Assembly: GCA_964247055.1 (NCBI GenBank)
Contig: OZ176052.1
Location: 8,060,001-8,124,000, forward strand
Length of the DNA stretch: 64,000 nucleotides
Direction: 5' to 3'
Source of the DNA: Paragordius varius
Taxonomy: Eukaryota > Animalia > Nematomorpha
The notes beneath the pieces are model-generated. The model saw only the letters and a program-made list of their open reading frames with translations. It ran no database searches and was not told the DNA's origin. Shown one piece after another: positions 1 to 12,561 of this stretch. The position numbers were made by a program, and so were the translations under genes. Each line of letters opens with the position of its first letter. The first letter of the stretch is position 1.

Positions 1-663
1 CTCCAAAAATTTAAACCATTACATAAATTATTTCTGAAACAGCAATTTACAATGCGGTCTGTAACAAATTCAATGAATAGCAGATACCTCTGCTAATTAA
101 ATTAATTTAGCTAGTTTTAACCATTTTATTAAAAATGATTTTTATTACATAACGTTATTTTAGTGAAACCTTAAAACTTTAGTGAGACAACGAGTTTAGC
201 TCAATTTTTAATACCTGGTTAAAGCATCGGATACAAGATGCTGCATTTTTAACTTTAAAGGTTAAAGGATTATCATTTTATAAAAATTATTCTATTTGCA
301 ATTTTTTTTAAATACATCAATTTTATTTAATAACTTCAAATCAGATATTTTGTTATTTATTAATAGTCCGATTAAGTTAAAAACATATGGTACTGGCACA
401 TCTCAGAATTAATATTTTTTTTTATTTAGGTAATATTGAGTTAAAAACAAAAAATCCATATTATCCAACATTTATTTTATATGAGCATAATTACGCGCAA
501 GCAATCCTAGATATGGTTATAAACTAAGTGATTTATTAATTAAATAATAGTTTGAGTTAAGGCAGAAAACATACACATCCTTGGTTAATTTTAAAAATTT
601 ACATAAACTGAAGAAAGTGGTATCATAATAACTAAATGATTGCTCCTGTTTATAAATCTAAGC

Positions 664-770
664 CAGGTGTGTTTAACACAAATGCCTGTTCGGGCCGCAT
701 TCGAAAATATATATGGGCATTGATAAATATTATTAAATTTCAAATATACTGCATAAAGAAAACGCAATAT
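664..770 (+). mobile_element. hAT-type MITE, left-end fragment (same family as 19354, 22916, 23307, 48312)
   Basis: CAGGTGTGTTTAACACAAATGCC...GGGCCGCATTCGAAAATATATATGGGCATT matches the left part of the 19354 and 23307 copies. No right end found. Confidence 0.45.
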
Positions 771-2559
771 AGTAATGGCTTAAGGCCTTCATTTAAAATC
801 AAAAGGGGATGGAATTTTTGGTATACCGATTGCTGTTTAAATATATTAGATGGAAGTTTGGAACTTGAATGTGGGTTTTCATGACCCCATATGCTTAATT
901 GAACGTGCATATATATTTTAATCTACCATCGATAGGCCCAACTGCATTCATACTCTCATTAATTTTTCGACAAACATAATGTTTGGGTATTTGGGTATTC
1001 TCGTTTTATAATTATAATAAAAAATTATATATGAATATTATAAAATTCTTGATACCGACGATTCATTTAGCCGTATAATTGTGAATCAAATACAACCCTG
1101 TCAATATTTTATAGCCACTTTAGTCGCAAGTGCTTCGATAAAAAAGAATACACACTTCATCTTTTCCTTTTTTTGCGATGATTACATTTTGGGGGTAGTT
1201 TTAATTAGAGCTAAAATTTATTTGGTCTGAATTATACACATTGTTCTCCTCTATTATAAAAGCTTATACTTTTGCAGTTTTTAATATCTTAGCTCCAAAA
1301 CACGATTACAAACAGTGGGTGATTTAAAAATATAACGTATATAATATATTCTAACAGATAAATATAATTCTGAAAGTGCTTTTGGCCTAGGCATCACCTA
1401 AAAAATATTTCCAGCTATTACTCCCTATAGAAAATTGTCAGCCCACATGTCTTAATAATTTTCTATGTAAAATCTAAAGCCTCATATTATATCCTAAACT
1501 AAAAATAATATTTTTTTAAATTATAATTTTTAGCTGTGGGGTCTGAAAGCCTAAAACCTCTAAAATGGGCTAGTATGCTAAAATAAACGCACAATCACGA
1601 GATTGCAGGATAAAAACTTTTATTATAAGCTGGATTATGATAAAGTTAGTGAAATAATGCCATTCTTCGCTTATGAATTCAGATTTTGGAAAATTTTGTG
1701 TTATAGCGATGATTATTTTAAAACTGGAAACGGTTTTTTCAATTTGATGATCCTGATCGTTTTTATCAGCTCAGACTTTTGAAAAGAGTTGTTTAACTTT
1801 GATTTTGGTTACTTTAACTTTTCTATTTCCCAAAAATTTTACCGAACTTCGAAAACTAACATATCCTGTGATCCAAATATATGAATATAAATCTTCAAAA
1901 TCATCCAATTATACACAAAATGTCTTTGTACAATATCCTCAGACAAAACTTTACTAAAAATAAATTTTTTAGTTAAATGTGCATCTTTTAATTTTTTTGA
2001 TGACATAATCCAGCATGTAATAAATTTTACGCACAATGTTTGCTTTTAATTAAACCACACTAGCCTATTAAAAGAGGTCTAAAATTTAACACTTTCGAAG
2101 CCGACATCTAAAAATTAAAAAATATAATTATTGTTTTCTTTTTAAATACGGTTTCTATACATATATTAATGATATTTTTGGGATAGGGCATTTAGGTTTG
2201 ACCAAAAAATTTTATTCAGCATAATGTGCACTATATTGCAATTTTTTGATATGGTAGAAGAAGAACAAAAGTGAATGACTTGTACAAAACCAAAAACATC
2301 TAAGAATCCTGATACATTTCATATGAAATATATGATATTTTTTGTCTGCACTATGCACATTAATAAAAATGTTGAATGTTGGCTTTGATACAGTTTTACG
2401 GAAGACCCATTTAAATTCTCTATTTCTCTAGTTATTACGAATGGCAAAACTAGTCGGTCCAGTTTTTCCAATATCCTGTATTTCGCCGCTATGACATTTT
2501 TTGCAAAAAACTATGTCCCCAAAACTATTTTTGCGGGCAGAGTTTCACACTCTAAAAAA

Positions 2560-2900
2560 TGCGTCGCCATATAATAACGTGGCTTTGAAGCTTATCTTCG
2601 TCTAAATTGTGCATATGGGTGATTTTTCTAGTTTCAGAAAATAGGGGTTTTTAATTAGTAGCCGTGTAGGCCTCGATTCTCCTTAAAATACACCACCATA
2701 TAAAAATAACATGCTTTCGAAGCAATTTTTCGGAACACTGATGATATGGATTTAGTCATGGTTTTGATATTTTCCGTAAAAAGCAAAAAAAATTTCAAGA
2801 GCCTTTTTGGGCAGGGCACTACTTTGTTAATTTACATAGTAATAACGTAGCTTTAAATATAATTTATGTATGTAAATTAAGGTTTTACATATAAAGCAAA
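2560..2900. repeat. Degenerate ~134-bp tandem repeat, probably related to internal modules of the local Helitron family
   Basis: A TAATAACRTRGCTTT-like motif recurs at about 2572, 2704 and 2840. It resembles the reverse complement of AAAAGCACGCTATTTCGATATGACGG inside the Helitron copy at 41855-42788. Confidence 0.4.
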
Positions 2901-3444
2901 CACTTTAGTCCAGCGCCTTTTTTATATACCTGGGTCCTCCGATCGTCACATGGTTTTTTTGGTTTTCATTGAAAAATTTGTTTAACCATACATCGGCTTT
3001 TATGCTTTCAGCCTAGTTTTGGGTAATGTTAGTGTCCCATATTATTGCTGGACGACCAACACTATTTTTTAGTTTGGCTTAAAAAATAATTTTGTTTTTA
3101 CCAATTATCATTATCTACTTTGACCGTAGTAGCCAAGTCTATCTGGATGTATTTGAGATTGGTAGGGCATTTGCTTGTTATTATTATGGGAAACTGTTCG
3201 CTTAAATGTACTTATAATTGTATATTCCATATTGTCCAGCATATTCTCTTGTATTTTGTTTATTTGCCTGTTGTACTGGCTCCTTCCTTAACCCATTCCT
3301 AAACGATTTTTGATGACTACTAATAAATCCCTTGTGAATGATATCCTCAAGGTGAATAAAATTTTGTAATTTTTCGATATCGCTTAACGTAGGATTTATA
3401 TAAGTAAAATTTATTGCTTAGTAAACATATAAAGGGCTTTAATC

Positions 3445-3845
3445 ATTATTCTTCTTCTTCTTTAAACCTTCTTTAAACCCTGAACATTTATGGAACCAAA
3501 ATTTATCGTGCTGGATAGAGTTAAGTTCAAGCATCATCCGCGGCAGAAGTATTCGATTATATCCGTTTTTTGTGTCACCTATCGTCATTACTTTAGTTTT
3601 GGACAATTATTGTGAGGTCATAACGCCCAAGGTTTTTGAAGTTTAAACTTTTTACTGAGCTCTTTTAAATTTTCCGACTTTAAAAATATATCAGCGTAGA
3701 TACGCTCCCACGGAAGGCCCGTACGGATTTCATTATTGTTGGTGTCTAATATTATCGTGAATAGTAGGGGATTGAGAACAGAACCTTGGTCAGCCTAGAC
3801 GGAAATCAATTAACGCATACTATTTGTGTTAACTGTCTCTCTTAT
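3445..3845 (-). mobile_element. Non-LTR retrotransposon (RTE/RTE-X-like) reverse transcriptase relic
   Basis: The minus strand translates DQGSVLNPLLFTIILDTNNNEIRTGLPWERIYADIFLKSENLKEL, i.e. the QG-S-LSP-LF and degenerate YADD RT motifs. Stops follow, and a (GAA)n-like tail lies at about 3446-3460. Confidence 0.7.
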
Positions 3846-4546
3846 TTTTATCATAATATTAAATTTAAATTTCATAGTGTTTTCAGAGTTTATTTTGGCG
3901 TTATTATGCGCATATTAATTTATTTTTATTTATATAGATTGGAATAGTAATACTGTTTTGCTGATTGGTTGGAATCTCATTATTGCGCTTTAGTTATATA
4001 AAAACTTAAAAATTAGTCTTGAGGGTAATGAAAAGGTGCGATAAATGGTCGATAATAATTTTTGAGGTTAGTATTGGGCTACAACATCAGATCTCATTTA
4101 TGTTGGTCGAATAAAGAAAAAACTTACATGAATCCGATTCACAATATGTATGTAATTATTGCAGATAATCTAGAAGGACTTCTCTTGAAATTTTAAATTT
4201 GAATTGCTAAATAAGTTACCTGTATAATATAACACATATTAGCAGGCTCTATTGTACATTGGTGGGTTGATCTTGAACTCTTGGTTCTATATTTAAGATT
4301 TTTAACACTATTGGTTTATGAGAAAGGAGCTTTATTTTACATGCTTTACAGGTTTGCTCGTCAATACATATAAATTGAGCTACTTTCGATAGATACAAAC
4401 ACATTTTAAACGACTGTTACCCGGACAGGAATTCTCGTGGCTATCCTAACTTTTCTTTCACCCTTTTGGACTAATTCTCTACTGCAGAGCAATTTAGAAT
4501 AAAAAAAATTTGAATTTAGCGATGATATTAAGCTAATATAATATAT

Positions 4547-7121
4547 CAAAGCTTCGAATCGGTTCCTGATTTGGAACCGTACCGTTAGGGTGGAAACTCG
4601 GTTCAGGTTTTATTTACTAAAGAGTCACCCCGATTCTGATTGTTTGTAAATTCTTGGAACCAGCCCGGATTAGGTTCCACCAATATGAATAACTCCCAGA
4701 TTATTTTTAAAAAATAAAATGTACTCATTATTCATTATTGATTGTATAATAATGTTTTCCAATAAAATGGAAATACCATAATAATTTTAAAATTTGTTGT
4801 TTAAATATTATTTTTAAAAATATGATTTATGACAACATTTTTTTCGCGTATCCGATGGAAATAGAATTATAATGTTCACAATTTATTAAATTTCCTACCT
4901 TTAAAACTTGAAGAGAACCACGGTCATAATTATTTACCTAGATTATTATTATCTATAGATTAAGAATAGTTATCTTATTAATTATTGAATTTGGTAAAAA
5001 ACCATAAACTAAAGCGTCCATAGTTTCCCCCATAACGGAAAAAAATTGCCACACTATATATCAGTAGCACTCAAACTGCGGCCTACGGGCCACATGAGGC
5101 CCTCAGTTTTCGCTATATTACTTGTTGTGGAAGAGAATATTTTGAAGAGATTGAGAGAATATTTCCAGTACCTTGATTTGGGTGTTAGTGAAACGAATTT
5201 ACCCAAACCAGACTCTGTCTGCGCATATTGAAAGAATAACTTAAGAAGAAGTCCAGGTTGGTTTATAAGAGATGTCTATAAATAAAGCTGCAGGTCCATA
5301 CGATATTAACATAAACTGTTGGAAAATGGTATTGAATTTTTAAAGGATATTATTAATAATGTATTTACAACAGGTATGATACCATCCGTATGGAAGGAGA
5401 GTTTCACAGTTCTTATTATTAAAGGTAGATATAAATGATTGTAACAATTACAGAGGGATAAGATTGATGTCGCATACAATGAAGTTATTTGAGAAAATAC
5501 TAGAAAAGGGAATAAGAAAAATGGTTAGTAAAGGTAATCAATTTGGTTTTCTTCCGGGAAAGTCCACCATCGATCCGATTCACGCAGTAAGAATGCTAAT
5601 TAAAAAGCCTATAGAAATTAAAAAAGTGTTGCATTGTATTTTAATCTATATTGGAAAGGGGTTTGACAGGATACCCCGGAGTACAATATGGTGAAAAAAC
5701 GAAAAAACGTTTCTGAAAGTTACATAAAAATTATTAAAAGCATGTACGGCTCTCACTACAACAAAAAACACACCAAGTGCCAGATCCTAATGAAATAAAC
5801 CAAGGCGTCTATCAGGGATCAGCAATCAGTCCATTGGTATTTATGATATGCATGGACGAAATTTCAAAAGAAGTCAGGTATGGTGGATGGTATTTTCTTT
5901 ATGCAGACGACCTAATAGTGCTGTTAGACGAGTTGCATGAATTAAAAGAATTGGTGAGCAAATGGATTGATGCGTTACGACGATGCGGATTAAAAGTTAA
6001 TAAAAAGAGAACGGAACTTATAAATTTTGGTGGGAAAAAACGAGAAATGGAATTAGAAGAAGGTTGGGTATGAAAAGTTCAGGTGGATTGCAAATATTTA
6101 GGAGCAATTTTAGCAGCAGATGGTGCTTTAACACATGGTATAAATATAAGAATTCGAGATAGTTGGGCAAATTATATGAGATCATAAATGTTCTGTGATA
6201 TAAAAATATTGTCTAAAAGTCTATAAGATGTACAGTACTGTGTAACAGTCAACAATAATGTAAAACTCACAGACATGGACATTAAAGAAATCAGAAGAGA
6301 GGCACTTTGAGGTTACTAAAATGAGAATGCTTAGATTGATGTGCGGTGTAATGAGGAATGACAAGGTGAAGAATGTCTACATAAGAGGGTACGGAAATAA
6401 AACCGGTGACGCAAAAGATGATGGTAAATCGTTTAAGATGGTTCGGACATGTAGAAAGAGGAGATAAAAATTACATTGGTAAAACGATTGATGATTATAT
6501 TGTGAAAGGCAAGAGGGGAAAATGGCGACCTAAAACGCGATGGATAGATACAGTTAAGAGGGACATGGCAAAACTGTACCTAAAACGCGAGGACGCCATA
6601 GACAGGATTCTATGGCGAAATAGTTTACGGATATGACCGCTCGAAAGAGTGATATTATATAATGTAATTATTATTAGGCTCACAATATAAAAAGCAATTT
6701 TGCGCTAAAATGTTATATCTTAAAATCTGAGAAGTAGTTTGATGACCGAACTGCTTACAATTATTTTTTCAAGTTAATAAAGATATTCTCCATGAATGCG
6801 ATAGTTAACACAAATTTATTACTTACCTTTGTACTTATATATTTGGTTATTTAATTTTTGTAATAAATTTTGTTATATTCACAATTGTTGATATTTTGGT
6901 TTATATTTTATTAAGAATGTTGTATGGAAGTCATTTAAAGTCAGAAAACAAAATGAAACCGGTCCGAATGTAAAGAACCGATTACGAAATCATAATTTTT
7001 AATTTAATAAACTAACCCGATTTTGGTTCCTTTTGCTCAGTAACTATCCCCGTTTCGGTTTAAAAAAATTTTAATCATTCAAACTAGGTTCCACTTTTTT
7101 TCCAACCAGTTCGAAACCCTG
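4547..7121. mobile_element. hAT-like non-autonomous element containing an RTE LINE relic
   Basis: Imperfect TIRs CAAAGCTTCGAATCGG / CCAGTTCGAAACCCTG, flanking 8-mers TAATATAT / AAATATAA (6/8), and GGTTCC/GGAACC subterminal motifs at both ends. Confidence 0.5.
5118..6660 (+). mobile_element. RTE-clade (BovB-like) LINE relic: 5'-truncated, frameshifted RT and 3' end
   Basis: Fragments across frames: EENILKRLREYF; NKAAGPYDI; NNYRGIRLMSHTMKLFEKIL; QFGFLPGKSTID; QGSAISPLVFMICMD; LYADD; KYLG; NRLRWFGHVERGD; GKRGKWRPKTRWID; DRILWR. Multiple stops and frameshifts. Confidence 0.9.
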
Positions 7122-10100
7122 AAATATAAACATCAAGGCTTCAAAAATATTTTTTAAAATGTAGAATTGTCAACTCATTTTTTAAATAACTAAAAACTGA
7201 AAAATATAATTAGTGGTTTTGATTATTTAACACCAAATCGCGAATGCTGATGTTTCGATTGTATTTAAGATATATTCCAATTTTAAACTGTAGAAAATAC
7301 AAATTATTATTTATATTAAAAATAAAATAGATGTTATATTTCAGCCATAATTCTGTTATTTATTATATGACTAGAGCTGGGATAAAATACACCCGACAAT
7401 GTACTCTAAAAATAAAGAAGAAATTAATTTTTAATAATTACCTAAGAATATAAACATATTTTTCTACCATATTATTAATTTTTACCATTTCGTTCAAAAT
7501 ATATCAAAAATATAAGATATGGTATATTTTTTTACACTTTGCATCGTGTAACTGGCCACCCAAGGCCAACTTTAAGAAGTAGAAAACTAATAAAAAAGGC
7601 GGTCTTATTTAAATTTATGCCTCTATCTCAATAAAAATTGATATAAACTAGTCAAAATATGCAAATATAATTTAGTTGTGAGAAAAAAAGTTCCATAACT
7701 TATGTCATTAACCTGGTGGTTTCATACTTAAATGGATACGGCGGGTTGTTTCTCAAAAAATCATAAAAACGAATGTTTAAAAGTTGAGACCGCTGGAAAC
7801 CACATGAACTAGTTTATGTTCCCACAATCAAAGTGTTTATTCGGTAAATTCCACCGGTTCCAAACTCTGATTTTAAGTAGAATCATTTATTCAACTAGAT
7901 CTAAATTGTCAAAGATCCCTCAAATATTTAATTTTATAACCCCTTTAAAAAATCATCTCAGATAAAATGCAATACATCATACATTCTTGCAATCAGTTTT
8001 AACCTATTCCCTATATATTTTCCTATAATTTTGTAAATAATATGTCATATTAATGTTAAATCGTTCAAAATATTAATTATCTCTCATAGAAATAAGAAAT
8101 TTTAAATATTTTATTGCTATTTTTGGCTAAATTCGGTTTTGATAATAAAAAATACGACTTATAAAATTATTAAAATATTAAAAACATCTAAATTCCATTA
8201 TTACACTTAGAAGCATTCCGCAACGAAATATAGATATAAAGTTTGTTCCAATCAATGTAAATCTAAACATAATCGAATCCAAATGTTGTGTTTCCCGGAA
8301 TGTTTGAAATACAAATTTGTGAGATATCCTTTTTGTAAAATGTTTTATTTTTATAAGGGTTAACGATATTTACCGGTGATTAATATAAAGATTGCAGTTT
8401 TAAAGATAATATTCTGATAGAAAAAGTAATGAAAATATTTAATTATATTTTCTCAGAATATAGTATACTTACCGTCACATTATTATATTATAACTGATTC
8501 TCACAAATGCCAAAGATTGTTTCTCTTAGTAATGCCATTTCGTAAAAAACCGTGCGACAAAAATGGGATTCAAGAAACAACTATTTAATCAAATTACTTT
8601 TGATATATAAAATCTTCCCTATAATAAATATCGAAATGATAACACTAGACAACAAATTTTAACTTTTTTAACTGCCATTCTTGTAAATTTAAAATTTATT
8701 TCATAGTACATAATTAGTATATCTGAAAAGAAAATTGTTCTTACATGGAAGAATTTTTTTTATTAGAGTTTATCGATAATTTTTGGCCCCGATTTAACAT
8801 TAAACTCGAAATTTCGAAAATTTAAAGTTTTAGATATGAAGCCATGTATTTTATATCATTCGAAAGAGCGCAAAAAACTGCATCTTTTAAATGGTAGTAA
8901 GTCATTTAAATCCATCGGATGTAAAAGTTATTTGGATTTAAATGGTCAAAATTTTCAATCCTTAAATAAGTCAAGAATTTTCACAGACAAACTAATTTGA
9001 AAATCATATAAATTATTTTAATATAATTATTAGGGTTATATTAGTATTTAATTTAAAAAAATGTTTGGAAAAGCTTTTGGTTTGCTTTTTTAATAAAAAT
9101 TATTATTATCATAAATATTTTACCTAGTGGATACTAAAATGCATAGTTATAACTGTAAATTTATTACATAATGGCTATAAAAGATCGAAAATACCTTAAA
9201 CTTTGTTTTTATATTTAAATTTTCGAAATTATCAGCCTTGTAAAGAAAATAAATTAATATTGATGAGATGGTAATTTTTAAAAAAACAAAAAACTTAAAA
9301 ATGGCTGTTTTGAATGACATAAAAGCAATAAAAAATGTTTTAATCAAAAAAAACTTTCTTGTGTTATCTTTTTTGGACATTCACCTCCATCTAAACAGAG
9401 TTTGAGCTATTTTAATCCATTAGTTTTAAAAATATAATAATTAAAAAAATGCTCTCGCTTCGCGCGTTTGTCGCTCTCTGTGTCCAATATTAACTGTCGA
9501 TGTAATACATATTAGTATACATTTTATAGAATTTTTAATACTCTTTCGAATGATATAGTACAAATGGGCATTACTTGTATATTTTGAAAGAAAAACATTT
9601 TTTAGTAAAATTTTGATAAAGAGGGCGCATAATCAAAAATATCAAATTATACAAAATTCTTCCAACGAGTTATAATTTTTATTTCAGATTTACTGTTAAA
9701 ATGATATTAAATATCAAAAAATGCAAAAAACTCGAGTGGCAGAAAAATTTGTTGTCTAGTGTAATTATTAAAATACTAAGAAAAAGTTAGTCAAAATCAA
9801 AAAATCGCATTTTTATCATACATTCATTCGGTCGATAAAAATAAATAAAATAGAGAAAAAGGCATAAACTTTATTTGTCAAATATATCATTAAATTATCT
9901 TAAATCTAAAATAAGGTCTAACATTTTATCAGCCTGTCCTTGAAAGAATCACAAGATTTAAAACTGAAAAAATGCCATTGTGAGTTTGCCCAATATATAG
10001 TGTTTAAAAGTGATTTAATCTCTATAAATTAAGAAATTTGAATAATTGTACCAAAACGAAAAGCATATAGTATTATTTTACAAAACCTCATGTCTATAAA

Positions 10101-12561
10101 ATTTAAATAATTTGAAAAAACTTCTATTGTCTCAACTTTCTTTAAAAAATCCGAATCAATAGCAGTGTTTTGCATCAAATTGTATAAAAAAATATTATGT
10201 TGTAAATTTCTTAATCGATAGGCTACTTTCGCTTTGTTGCAAATTAAAACATTTATAAATTTCAATCATTTTTAAGCGCGATATATTAGGGAACTCTATC
10301 ATCTGAACGGCAAGTCAATACAAATTTAACACCAAACAATTTTTTTTAGCTTGACTTTGAGAAATGCTTTAATCAATAGTATTTATTTAGAATTATCATC
10401 AGGATCCATATTAATCAGTATTAGTTGACGCGTTTTCCCTACAACATTTATGTATTTTTATTCCGACTGGCGTGCGAGAAAAATGCCATTTTTTCACTAT
10501 TGTTAATGGCAGAAAAATTATTTTTAGTATTTCCGCAATTCATTGTGATATTTATATTCAATCTTTGGGTAATTGATTTATAAACATTAATATTTTGTGC
10601 GCACAGTGTAATAAAAATAATAATACCGTTTTATTGATAGAGCTTCTAGTGCTATAGTATTCGCCAAAAATTAATAATAGGGCAAAAAAAATATTTATTG
10701 TATCTTATGCTCCAAATAATTACATAAAAAAAAATAGGCCGTAAAAAACACTTTAAAGGCCGCGTCTAAGTATCCCTGTTATAAAGTCTAAAAATATATT
10801 CCAATCAGCACACCCTTTTCATTATAAAATAACCGCTAAAATAAATTATAAGTGTGTAACAAACGTGTGATAATTATATTTTATCTAATAATTATTATTA
10901 TTAATTTTATATATGCAAGCATAGTAATCATATATCATTTATTATATAATAATAAAAGTACTGTCAAAATTTCTATTGTTTATGCTTTTGTTGGAAAATT
11001 AATTTTAGTGTTTCAAACAATGTTACAAAGAAGGATCGAATTAAATTAAGAGGGAAAACAAAGTGTTCCCCATCTCTCATTTTGTTTTGATGTTGAAAAC
11101 AAAAAATGTTTGGTGGCCACACCACAACCGTTCAAGCTGACTTAGGATGTTGTAAGGAATGTTTTATATTCCATTATTTGTACATACGCAGTATTTTCCC
11201 CAGAGGTTGCAAGCTATTTCTTTGAATTTTCTTAAATTTTTTTACAACACTGTATGGATCAACGATTTTACGCTTACGCAAGTTTGTGTAAGATGAAAAC
11301 CAGAACATTTGATTCTGTCTTCCAGTTTTAAGTAGGTTTGTTTTAGGGTTTTCAAATGTTATGTTTTTAATTTTTAAAAAAATGGTTATAAAGTTTCAAT
11401 GTGTATGCAACATTTAATAGATACTACCATCTGTACCATCATAATATTACTATTATATAGTTACTTCCCCCCAAAATTTTTAAACCAACGTTTGAATGGA
11501 TCAGTTAAATAAGAAATTTCAATTAGCATACATATATATGCAAACTTGTTATATAAATCTGCGATCTTTTCGCGAAAAAAATTACGATAAAATTTTAGCT
11601 CACGCAATTTTGTCCAAAACCAATCATTTCCTATCATATATTCTGCGTTCTAACCTCGAAATCTAATATTTGCTGGCTTATTTTATTATTAATTTTGCAA
11701 AAATATAATACAGATTTCAACGTATAATAATGTGTTCGTTACAAAATAATTTGTTCTGTATTTTTTCTCTAATATCTATCCTTCCTTATTAAGGAATAAT
11801 ATTAACATCATTTAAATTTCTTCACATATTATCAAATCTATATTATGCTGAGCTGCGCGCACATTCAATTAAGGATGAAGGAATCCTATTAACTTATGGC
11901 AAATTTATAAAATACTTCTTATTTTTGCATACTGAATATGTAAATCTCGAAATAAAGGATATTTATAGTATATATTTATCTCAAGCCAAAACATTTTTGG
12001 TTGACAATATTTATTCTTTCTCAGATGGCTGGAAAAGTGAAAAAAATTTGCATTGAATAATTTAATTTTTTTTTGCTGTCCAAAGGGTATTATGGACATT
12101 TGCTCTACTACTTTGTATACTCATAAATACAGTCTTATTTTTTAACTGGTTCTAATCTGTATTTTTTGGATACCACAGAATATAAAGTTAATATATATTT
12201 CTTGATAGACCAAGTTTCTACTGTTTCCCCTTAGTAAAGGATTATTCATTCAATGGATCAAATCGCGTTTTCTGAACAAATCATTATTTATATTTCCATT
12301 TTTTTATAAAATATATTATGTTTCATATTATAAGCCATGATATACATATTATTATTTAATATCAAGTTATGGATCTTTTAAAGATATTCTAGCCACAAAC
12401 ACACCACCATAGCGCAAATTTATTAGTGTTATGATATAAATTTCTTAGTTATCCAATTCTATAGTTTTTTATACTTTAATCGAACAGAAATGTATATTTA
12501 CTCATTTTAATGAGATGTGTAATTGATTTATTGCTTTATATTTAACATCAAATTTAAACAT

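Noticed and set aside
880-2040. Possible minus- or plus-strand exons (ORF 1839..2036 and short open frames near 900-1000 and 1650-1950)
   Set aside because: No recognisable domain and no consistent exon chain could be built.
3100-3420. Open frames on the minus strand next to the LINE relic and ORF 3120..3302 (+)
   Set aside because: No motif or homology recognised; could be an unrecognised exon but is not supportable.
8852-9557. Perfect 17-bp inverted repeat TATATCATTCGAAAGAG at 8852 and 9541
   Set aside because: Probably subterminal motifs of a decayed DNA transposon, but I could not define ends or a TSD.
10852-11049. Hydrophobic ORF as the GPCR signal-peptide exon
   Set aside because: Starts with GTG rather than ATG, and Ile/Phe/Tyr-rich frames are expected by chance in AT-rich DNA.
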